From: Cetorhinus maximus
Lineage: Eukaryota
DNA length: 64,000 nt
Reading direction: 5' to 3'
NCBI RefSeq assembly: GCF_964194155.1
Contig: NC_135900.1
Location: forward strand, 10,912,001 to 10,976,000
Shown here: positions 11,872 to 23,800 of the stretch, piece by piece
Numbering within the stretch: the stretch's first letter is position 1
Layout: each line of letters opens with the position of its first letter
Notes under the pieces: generated by a model
What the model was told of the DNA's origin: nothing
Database searches by the model: none
Seen by the model: the letters and a program-made list of their open reading frames with translations, nothing else
Made by a program: the position numbers and the translations under genes

Positions 11872-14800
11872 CTGAGATGGAAGGAGAGATATCTTTTTCT
11901 CTGCTACCAGTTCTCTTCTCAGTAACCCAACTGTAGTCTTCAATCCAACGCCTAAATACAGCAGCCCACAACTCCTGAACAGAATGACAGTGAAGATATT
12001 CCTCCAGACAATCAGTCTCATTTCTGAATGCTCCACATACACGGAGTTCGTTAGCCAAAATAACCAGGACGATTGGAAGCGTGCTCAATTTTCTACTCAC
12101 AATAATTTGGAGTTGGATCTCATTTAGTTCTTTGTAGGGCATGGCCAAATGCTTCTGGAAGATATGGATTCTGAATTTATCATCAGTTCTATTGGAAAGC
12201 TGCACCACATTTGCTTCTTCATGCTTTGAAATTGATTTGTAGGCAAGGTTTGAAGTGGCAGTGGTTACAATAAGCTTGCACTGAGCTGGGAGGGGCCATG
12301 GAAGCCATGAGAATTCCTTTACCTGTAGGGAGTGGAATCACTGTTAGTATTAATTAATGAACAAGGGCATTTTGCAGAATAAGCATGGACAAGGCTTACT
12401 AATTATTCACAATGTGCAATATACTTCCTTGCTCGTATAATTTTTCAAAACCCTTTAGGAATAGAAATAACTACTTATCCAAGCTCCTTCTATTTGAACT
12501 TTGTAACATTCATGATCTATTTTGACCTCATCGTTGATTTGACAGTTATAAACTGTGCAGGTGCTGCATATTACTGAGACAAACTCCACTTTTGTTATCT
12601 TGTCATTGAATATTACGAATGGAATATACAAGACACCAACATCACCACTAGTATATATATTTTATTTCATATAATACTTGGATTATTATGATTCTTAGAT
12701 TTTCATTCTTTAGGCAAACTTTTTCAGTCCCCTGGTTTGAAGGTGGCAGTGCATGGCCTGCACGCTGATCCTCTGTGCCCATCAGATGCCCCCCCTACCT
12801 GTCGTCTTTTTTACAGGGGGACAGTGGAGGTGTTGGCAGCCCACCCACCAGTGGACCTATAGTGGCCCTCAAGTGGCCAACTAATGGCCACTTAAGTACC
12901 TCATCCCACATCCACCACTATATTACCCATGGCAAGGGGAGGCCCATGACAGACGGGTAGCCCTGAAGCTTTTACTGTGCAGGTTGATGTCGGGCCAGCA
13001 TGGGGGCACCTCCTTTGGGAGTCTCCTGTGCCCATCAGAAGCACCTCCCCAACAAGGCTCTATTCCCCCCCCCACCTTTTAAACCTGCTCCCATAGCCAC
13101 TCAAACCTGGCATCCATAACATTTTCTTTTTCAGGAACTGTCTGTAGTCCCAGCAGTGGCCACCGCTCGAGCTTGGCGCTGCTGGGACTAAGGAGCTGCC
13201 GGCAATCAGATTAGCTGGCAGCTCTCTAAAGTGGGACTTCCTCCCCAGATGTGGGTGGAATTCTCGACCTTAAGCAATTAACGCCCTTTGGAGGATTAAA
13301 AATGGCTGTGGGGCAACTGGGATCAGAGGGGATGGGTTCCCCGTTGACTTCCAAGTGGCGGGGCAGGAAACTGCATCATCCGAAAAATCTTGCCCTTTAT
13401 TTTTAAAAACTCTAAAGATCTGTTTTATCTTAAATTTATCATTAATAATGAGAATAATACCTGCTGTGCTGACAACCCACGGGTTCCAGTTAGTTGATCA
13501 GCACCATCTAGCACTAGCACACATGGTTTTAAACCAATCGCTGCTATGAAGGCTTCGCGGATCATAGGAAACATCCAAATATCTGTAGGATTTGCACTGA
13601 AAGCACCAGGGTGTTCTTCAGCTCCTGAAATTCAGTTATAAAAAATGTTTCATACTCACTGTGCATCATTTCATATTCACTTTCCAATGAGCTGACATCG
13701 ACACATACTGTTGCTCATGCACAAAGAAAAGGTCCATTTTCAATCCTGTCCCGATTTTAACTCAGGCCAAAAATTAGGGATTATGTGGGCCAAAGTGGGC
13801 AGTGAACTGTCCAGTTCCTCCAGAGCGTGAGGTCCACAAGATCTTATCACTGTCTCCCAATTAAAGACAGCGGGAATGGTGTCACTGGGAGTCACAATTG
13901 ACTGGTGGGGGGAGAGCAGGAGGCAGGCTGCCAATGGGCACACTTAGAAAAAGGTCCTGGCAAATTAAGCATCATTTTTTTGGACTGTTTGTTTTCTCAC
14001 ATTTGGGCTGCTTTTCTTGACTGCAGCCAGCCTGACACAGGTGGTCGGCTGCTTATTTGCATCTGCAACTTTTAGACATGGGCCCTGGCCACACTTAGGG
14101 TAGAACTTTTAGGTCGGCATGCAGGTGCGATTGGCGGGCCAGGGAATGAACATTTCAGCGTGCGTTTCATGTTCGCTGGCCATTAATGGGCCAGCCAGTG
14201 TGAAATCGTGGGTCAGGTGCGCGCCTGCACAATGAGCTATAAGTTCTGCCCTTAGATTTTTTGCCAATACCAATATGATAAGTGGTGCATTTCTGGCACG
14301 TAATGAGTATGTGCTTGCTGCCTGCAGTATTGGAGGCTTAGGTGCTCCTTTAGCACCTGAAAACTTGGCACAATATCTATGTTTGTCGGTCTCCAGGTAA
14401 GAAATAAAGCATGAGTGTTGGCTCTGTCTCTCACTAAAATAGTGATCTGTCAAAGGGGTGAACACCCAAAACATCAACCAATCTTTCGTACTTCCTTTCT
14501 TCCACAAACCTACTTAAAAAAAACTCTTGCTTATGTTCAACTTTTTGCCCATGGTAATTTTGTCCATGCCCAATAGTGAACATTACCACCTGTTCTGTAT
14601 ACCTTTATAAAAATATTGTCTACATTCAAGCCATCTTAAAATCAGCAGGAAATAGGCATATGCATGATTAACAGATATCGAATGGTTCCATTTTCATAAT
14701 TTGTTGTTTATTCTTTACTGACAAGCAATAGATCTTAACAATGTCCATAAATATTTCTCATGCTTGATTCTAAAAGAACAATTATACTCACCAAAATATT

Positions 14801-17800
14801 CGTGACGTAGTTTTAAAATACAGTGCCTCATAAAGGACATGATGTTGTGGCTGGCAGAGCTACTTCCCACAAAGTGAGTTATCACCAGGATATTCGGGTT
14901 TTTCTGCGTAAAATATTTTAGCCAGTTGCAGATCACTGTTGACTTGCCACAGCCTTTCTCTCCACAAAGTAATAGGACGGATGTACCCTGGGACACACGC
15001 CTGGATCTAGAAATTAACCAGAAGAAAAAAAATCAAAGCAATCAACATTAGTTGAGGTGTTAAATGAATACTTTGCATCTGTCTTTACCTATTAGGGAGA
15101 TGCTGCCCAGACCATGGTGATAGAGGGGGAAACTCCAATCACTAGAAGGGTTTAAAATTAATAAGGAAGAGGTATTGGATAAGCTGTCGGTACTTAAAGT
15201 TGATAAGGCACCGGGACCGGATGAAATGCATCCAAGAATATTGAAGGAAGTGAGAGTGGAAATTGCAGAGGCACTGGCAATAATCTTTCAATGCTGCCTA
15301 GATTCAGGGGAGGTGGTGGAGGACTGGACAATTGCAAACATTATGCCCTTGTTTAAAAAAAGGTTGTAAAGATCTACCCTGCAATTACAGACCAGTCAGT
15401 TTAACTTCAGTGGTGAGGAAACTTCTAGAAACAATTATTCGAGATCGAATTAATAGTCACGTAGAAAAATGTGGATTGATTTGGAAGAGTCAGCATGGAT
15501 TTGTTAAAGAAAAATCATGTCTAACTAACTTGCTGGAGTTTTTTTTTGAAGAGATAACAGTGTAGGTTGATTTAAGGCAAGGCCGTTGATGTGGTATATA
15601 TGGACTTCCAAAAGGCATTCGATACAGTGCCACACAACAGACTTGTGAGGAAAGTTCTAGGTCATGGAATATAAGAGACAGTAGCAATGTGGATACAAAA
15701 TTGGCTGAGGGATAGGAAACAGTAATGATTAATGGTATTTTTAGGGCTGGAAGAAGGTTTGTAGTGGAGGGGACAATGTGCAGGGGACAATTTCAAAGTT
15801 TGCGGGCGACACAAAACTTGGGAGAATTGTAAACTGGTGATCAAGATGGTGTAGAACTTCAAAAGGACATTGACACATTGGTGGAGTGGGCAGATAAGTG
15901 GCAGATGAAGCTCAATACAGAGAATTGAGAGATGATGCACTTCGGTACAAAGAACATGGAAAGACAGTATAAAATAAAGGATACTATTTTAAAGGGTGTA
16001 CAGAAGCAGAGACCTGGGTGTACATATACATAAGTCATTAAAGGTGATAGGACAGGTAGAGAGAGCTGTTACTAAAGCATACAGTATTCTAGGCTTCATT
16101 AGGGGCATAGAGTACAAGAGCAGGGAGGTTATGATGAACTTATATAAGACACTGATTAGAGCTCAGCAGGAGTATTGTGTACAGTTCTGGATGCCACACT
16201 CTAGGAAGGATGTGAATGCATTGGAGAGAGTGCAAAAGAGGTTTACGAGAATGGTTCCAGGGATGTGACACTTCAGTTATGAGGAAAGTTTGGAGAAGTT
16301 GGGACTGTTTGCCTTAGAGAGGAGAAGGCTAAGAGGGGAATTGATAGAAGTTTTCTAAATCATGAGGGGTCTGGACAGAGTACTTCGGGAGAAATTGTTC
16401 CTGCTCATAAACAGATCGAGATCCAGAGGGCACAGTTTTAAAGTGTTTTGAAAAAGAAGCAAATGCGAGGTGAGAACTTTTTTCACACAGCGATTAGTTA
16501 GGATTTGGAATGCACTGCCTGGAAGTGTGGTGGAGGCAGGTTTAATTAAGGCATTCAAAAGGGCATTGGATGAGTATTTACATAGAAACAATGTACAGGG
16601 TTACGGGGAAAAGGCAGGAGATTGGCACTAAGTTAAAATGTTCAGAGCAGGTGCAGACATGATGGGCTAAATGGCCTCCTTCTACACCATAACGATTCTG
16701 TGATTATAGCTATTTTAACCCACCCACCACGCCGCCTCCACCAACCTCATAACTAACATATTATTCTAACACAGTTGCCATGGTGATTCCATGAAGCTGC
16801 TAATAAATTAACTATATTTGATATGGATTTCATGGCACTGTAGCATTGATTATTTCTCATGTTTTAAATATTCTTGATCTGAACAAAGACAAAATCTCAA
16901 TGGTATTTTTTTTTTCTAAAAGTGGTGTTCCTTCAGGTCTTGTGCTGCAGTTGTAGCCACCCTACCTCTGAGTCAGGAGCTCTTGAGTTTAAGTCCTGCT
17001 TCAGGACTTGATGGCCATAGAAAGTGTGGCCAAACAGGTTGATTATCAGGTTGTAAATCCTTCTAATAAGCCTGATGGCAGGTGGTAAGAGCAGGAGAGT
17101 TTCCTGGTCAGCCATATTGCAGAAGGAAACAGCAAACCACTGCAGTACTTTACCAAGCATAACCATGGACCAATCCAATGGAATTCCATGGTTGCCAATG
17201 GCCCCTTAGGGCATTGTACCTGGAGGAGGAGGTGTTCCAGCCTGAAAAAAGTACTGCTCTCTCCCTGTAACTTGTGACCCCCGCCCCCCACCCCATTTTA
17301 TATTTTCCCTTCCACAAAATTATTTCCTGGTTGTAAGAATGGAGAGAAATTGATTTCATAATTTGCATTTATAATTGTTGCTTCACACACATTTACCATC
17401 ATCCAGTGCTGCAATCATAGCTGTGATAGATTTGCACTGCCATGCTAATGATATCGTTGTCATGGTGGTATTAGCACCTTGTCAATTATTACAAAAGAAC
17501 ATATTAAAACTAATAGTTAGGAAAAGTAGTGAGAGAATAAATGGCAAGAATAAAATGGGTATCTGTGAATGGAAATACAATAGAACAAGACTGAAGGGAA
17601 TTCAGAATGTAAAACAAAGTTTAATAATCTAATGTCATGTTTATGAACATGGGGAAAGGTTGCTATCTAAGGCCTTTCAGTCATAGAGCACTGAGGGGGC
17701 TGAAATTGTATAAAACGCCTTGAGCTGTATGACTCACATTGAATGTATACAGTAAATAATATATGCACCACAATTGCATTGAAGCACCTCAAAGTGCAAT

Positions 17801-20800
17801 ATCATCTATGCAGATAACTTGAATATCATTGCATTTACTGTGGTGGCCATTTTGAAGTGTTTGTAATGTTCTTTTAGATATTTACCAAATCAAGTATATT
17901 TTTTGCAACAAACAAAATGCCATGTTCATGAACATTACAATTGCACAAGGCTGAATCAAAATTCAAGGCTTTTCCTTGAAACCACACCTGGGCTTCATTG
18001 TACAGAAGGCACCGGTACGATTAAAGTCAGTTAATCCACTGTTGGCTTCAATTTGAACGTCATGTTGGGAAGAGACAGCAAATTTGTCCAGAATTCTAAA
18101 AACCAACCGTGTTTCTTTTGTTTCCACAAAAACTTGGCAATACCTTTGAGAAAATGCTTCATGATAACAAAGCTCTAGATAACTTTCATGATCTGAAAGA
18201 GAGAACATTCCTGGAAAGGTTCATTTGTTCCAGTGCTATGCAGTTCAATGAAAACAGTTAACATTTACTACTTTTGGTTTAATTAAAACTGGGTCTATCG
18301 CATGCCATAATATATCTTTATTATATTGCAAAGTATGCTCTATAAAGCCAATGTTCTACTACATCCAGTCTAACTGTAACACACAAAATAAAATCTTCAA
18401 ATGATCTACAGTAGATATCAGGTTTTTTTTAGTTATCTGATTTTATAATGCACTGACTTACGATTTATATGACTATGTGACACACTGTCGTTTTAATTCA
18501 AGGCAACACAGCTCCATAACCAGGGTGAATGGTTTGTCCTTAGTTCCACACTACAGGTAAATATAGCAGCTAATCCTCTGCCTCTCACTAATAGGGAATA
18601 ATTCTTAAAACCATTCATCTTAAATGTATATTGATCTACTTTTCATTCTCATCAAAGCCAGGAAGTGGATACGAAGGGCGGAATCATTCCAGATTTGCAC
18701 AAAGTGCAGTAGCGGACAGGGAAAAAGGACGTTTTATCTGCTAGCCACAGTGGCGGGTTTTCGCGCTGTATCATCCCATTCCCGGTGTGTCCCACCTCAT
18801 TAATAATGCATTCTCAGAAATATGCCAGATTGCTGGTTGGGCAGCCTCTGATTCGCCCACCCCACCTTCACCTCAGGCCTTCAATAATCTGGGTGCCCCT
18901 GCACAGAGCTAGCTCTCTAAGGGATCGGAAACTGCTGAAAAGTCACGGCTGCCCAAAGGAGGAAACATGCCTCCAAAGTTAGCGACGCCTCCCTCGGGCG
19001 CCTACTGGACACAGTGGAGGCCCAGCATGAAGTCCTCTACCCCGCTCTGGGCGAAGGCCAGCAAGCAAGGTCATCAATCCAGCATGGGAAGAGTGGCAAC
19101 GGTGGTCAGCGCCAACACCCAGTAAAAGAGGACAGCCACTCAGTACCGAAAGAGAATGAATGATCTCCGTTCCGCCAGGGTGAGTCACTCTCTTATCACT
19201 CTCAACACTCTCATTCTCAAACCCATCACACATCTACAGGGATCTCACTCACTGCCAGTTCAAAGGACATCATCATTTACTCTCTCTCAAACACTTTCAT
19301 CTGCCTGCGGATCATGTCCTCATCCTGTCCATAGCACCAAGCATCACCCACACATCCCAGGTATCCTTCTCACCTGGCCTGGTGGGTGTCCTGATTACAC
19401 TCTCTCCATCTGTATTCATGCAGGACAAGCTGGCACGCAAAAGGGAGAGGTCGCAGACTGGCGGAGGAATGCCTGACCTCCAGGTCCTCATAGACTTTAA
19501 AAATAGAGCCACCCAGCTGGCTGGTGAAGATCTGGACCGTTCCTGTGCTGACAGTGAGGTTAGCGGTGCTCAACCAAATGAGGATCCAGCAGTGCAACAT
19601 CCATCAGACAACCATGCTGAGTCACTCTCCCTGTTCTGCAGCCCCCTGCCATACACTAATTATCTCTCCTTGCTTTCACAGGAGAAAATTTCAATTTGAA
19701 CATCATGTTGGGAAGAGACAGCAAATTTGTCCAGAATTCTAAAAACTAACCGTGTTTCTTTTGTTTCCACAAAAACTTGGCAATACCTTTGAGAAAATGC
19801 TTCATGATAACAAAGCTCTAGATAACTTTCATGATCTGGAAGAGAGAACATTCCTGGCAAGGTTCATTTGTTCCAGTGTTACACAGTTCAATGAAAACAG
19901 TTAACATTTACTACTTTTGGCTTAATTAAAACTGGGTCTATCGCATGCCACAATATATCTTTAATTATTATATTGCAAAGTATACTCTATAAAGTCAAAG
20001 GGGTCCATGAGCCAGGTCCTCAACTCAAGACCTGATGACACCTCGGAAGAAGAATCTGATGACAATCTAATTGAAGACCCATCACAGCGCTCACCCACAC
20101 CCTCCACCAGTACAGAGACACACACCTCGGTGGGATCTAGTTCTACAGTACCCTCGGCGTCACAATCTGGTGAGCACGTCTGTCTGATCCACAGCAGTCG
20201 GCAGCAGGGACTTCCCAGGTTTCTGACACTCGAAAGACTGCTGGAAGCCAGAGGTCTGCTGAGTCCAAGTCCGATGATGAGCCTCTGGACTCGATCACAC
20301 CTCAGTTGCTGGAACTGCAAAGGCAAGCTTGGGAACATCAGGAAGGGATGTCCGCTGCACTCAGATTGCAAGGCACGATGGAGGAGACTGTCCACCTCCA
20401 GGCTGAGGTGACAGCTCTGGCATGCCAATGCACCGAGGTCAACACTGGTAGGATGGTGGCCGCCACAGGAGACCTTGGGCCAGGCTGTGTGGGCTGGACT
20501 CCGTCGCTGATGTCCTAGTTGGCCTCCAACAGTGTCAATGCAAGAAGGGTGCGAGGCAGCTCGATCTCGCTCCAGTTTCCCCATCCCTTCAAGGAGTCAG
20601 CCAGGGGCCCTCAGGCACCCATAGGGAGGAGGATCAGCAGGTGTACACCCCGGGGCCATCCACCCAGGTGACTCCGGGAGTGTCCAATCCATCCAAATCC
20701 CCTCTTCCTGTGACCCCAACAGCTCCAGCTCCACAGGCTGAGGGTGCCACTGCCACACAGCAGGACCCTGAAAGCAGGCCAGGACCCTCCAGAGGATGCC

Positions 20801-23800
20801 CACCAAGGTCATCACAGACAGGGTGTAGCAGTCAGAAGGCTGCCTCCACCTCCGCTGTGGGTATCGGGGGAGTACCAAGACAAAATGGCAGGGTTAGGAA
20901 GGTTAAGAAGATGTAGTTGTATGGCCTGGACATGAGTGTTAATGACTTGCACTTAATGTTCACTATTATAAATAAATAAATTCCCAAGAATGCCTCCTTG
21001 CCTATGGCTCCTTGTTCTGATGAGCAGTGTCAAAGATCTGTGCAAATCCCAGCGCTCTTGTTTCCTGGCTTTCCTGATCCTGGGCGAAATGCACAAAGTT
21101 CTCTGCCTTTGCAAAGATGGCATCTGTGACCTCCTGGATACACTTGTGCATGGAAGCTTGCAAAATCTTGCACAGGTCACCTGTGGAGCCCTCCATGTCC
21201 CCATGGTGCTAAATCCTGCAGCAGGTGGAATATGTGACCGACCAGCTCCCTAGACATGCAGTCTTCAGCGTTCTCGGTCATTTGCAGGAATGACCGGTAC
21301 CAACTATAGACCCTGGGTCTAGCGAGCCATCTACGAGCAATGGCTCACTGGGGATCTTCAGCTCCGTGCGCAGCAGGCCGGGCCGCTCCTTCATTTTGAG
21401 GGAGGTGCTCCTCCCTTTACCGAGTCAGGCGCCTCCGTCACTTTCTTCTTCTTCTCTGCTCCCTGTAAGCCATGCAGCATACTGCTAAATCACCAGGCTC
21501 CATGATCCTAATGTTCTCCTCCTGTTGGATCAAAGAGAGACCCTTGGGCTAGTGTAGGTGTACTAAGAACCTCTCTTGGTTAAGTCTTAAGGCCCCCTCA
21601 TGCATGCAGGAGAGTGCTGGCCACCACTTGGATGGCCAGTGTGTAGTGCGCTCATTGGCTGTCCAAAACCTCACCCGCCTCTGCCCCACTCCGCTTGACT
21701 GATTGGTGGCAGCTTCAGCCACTGGACTGCACGCTGTATTCTCATCTCACATGCAGGCATTCTCCTAACCCACATTGCAAGGCTGTGCCGTAAGCTTGAA
21801 CCATAACGGATACTGGTCCAAACCTGAATAAAGATATTGCAAGGGGCTTTGAGCACCTCCACCAGTGACTGCGCCATGTCCACCTTTTGCAAGGGAATTG
21901 TATGACTTGCCCAATCGGCCAATTGTTCTGCTGCCCCCTAAAATGCACATTAATTTCAAGTCTGCATCCAAGGGTTGAAAAGTTCTGTAGTATTTTGTGG
22001 CACTTTCATGCTTTTGTGTTACTTGAGTGGGCAGAAAAGCTTCAGAGGCCCAGCTCCAAGTATGTCAATGGAGCTGCAGCTGAACAGTCTCAGCTACAGA
22101 AGAATGCATACCTTTGACAAGCTTTTCCAAATGTATGGCTGCTTCCCTTCCCACTACCACCCCCACGCCTCTGGCTTGATTATTTCCTTCAGTCTGTGCC
22201 GCCTTGTCCCCCCACCCTCTCCAATCTGATATGCGCTGGAGCCCTTGCCCTGGAACCACACTAAAAACCAGCCGGGAGAAACTAACCTGCCTGTGCTCCC
22301 TGCGAATGCACAGTACCTCTTCCCTGATAACCTATAGGCGATGCTCGCAAGCACTGTGCAAGGTTGTGTGCACTCACCTGTAAGTTCGCCTCGAAGTTCA
22401 AGTCACCAGGTGCACGCCTTTTAAAGGCGGTTGTGAAGCACGCCGTTCTGAAGTCACACCAACATGGGTGGTAAATTTGATGTGGGAGGATGCTTCCAGC
22501 AAGCAGGGCTTATAATTAGATGCAAATGTATTAAAATTACATTCCCGACATGCAGTAGAGGGAAATGTGGCCCGCCATTGAAGTGGACAATCACAAACTG
22601 GTTTCACGACGGCATAAAACTGATTTTTGACATTTTTTGCCATTTTGTTGTCCCCCCCCCCCTCAACCTGTCATGATGCCTGATGCCAACGAGGCCAAAA
22701 ATGTCCGACCTAAATCTTTTGTGGACTTTCATTTCTGATTTCTCTCTGTAAATGACAACCTAGTTAGCGTGATGTATAAACTGTCCAATCCGAAATCTGA
22801 TCTTATGTTGTCTGAGGAAACCACCAATTTGGTACCTTAAGAAATGCACGATATTTTTGTAGTTGCAAATTTGACTATTTAAATATATAATCCTTGCTGT
22901 TTTTGTTTATACCCACCAAATAAATCCTACCCTCCATTTATTAATTATGCATTTATTATCAGTACGATAATATGATAATAGTGAAGTTAAAGGAATGTTC
23001 TCTTAGGTTTCCGCACTCCCTGGGATTAACTTTAGCACTTACCTTTGCTTTGTAAAAAGGCAAAAACCATCAGGGGAAGTGTTTTATTTATTAATTTATC
23101 ATTAAATATTATTATTTATTATTAATTTGTTTATTTATTGCATTATGTCATGAAAACATAATTTTCATAAAATTATTCTAATTTATTGTAAAGAAAATTA
23201 TTCTAATTTATTGTAAAGGTATGTTAATAGTGGGGTTTGGATTAGTTTTTCTGTGTATAGGTGTGTGTGTGGGTTTTAATTGAATTACAGACAGCTGGTC
23301 TGGGCGCTTTGCTGTATCAGAAGAGAAATTAGGTTTGAAATGCTAACTCTAAGTATGGCTGAAATTTTAGAATGTGAGGTGTGAAGAACATTTGCAATTT
23401 TAGATAAACCAGAGTTGTGAATTTCAAAGAGATGGTAAAGTGTTACACCTAGCCAACAGAGGATAAGCAAACATTGTTTATTTTTCCCAAAGATTACTGA
23501 TAATGAGTGTTGGGAAAGATTTTCAAAAAGTAGTTACAAAGACATATTGGGACAATGGAATTTGCATTAAAAAGGGGAGAAACATGTATAAAGGAGATAT
23601 GCCTCAGGGAGATTTCTGCGCTCTTTCATGCGCATTCGCAAAAGAGCACGCTCCCAACTCTGGGAACTACCCCCCCAACCCCCCAAACCACCAGCACAGG
23701 GAACGCACAGCGCTTCCAGGTGCATGTCACACTGGGCGGGCCTTAATTGGCCAGCCCATGTAAAATGGAGGCGCAGACCCGATCGGGAGTACCAATCATG

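Noticed and set aside
21002-21196. Domesticated HARBI1 host gene
   Set aside because: A short decayed fragment inside a TIR-bounded transposon, with no catalytic region recognised.
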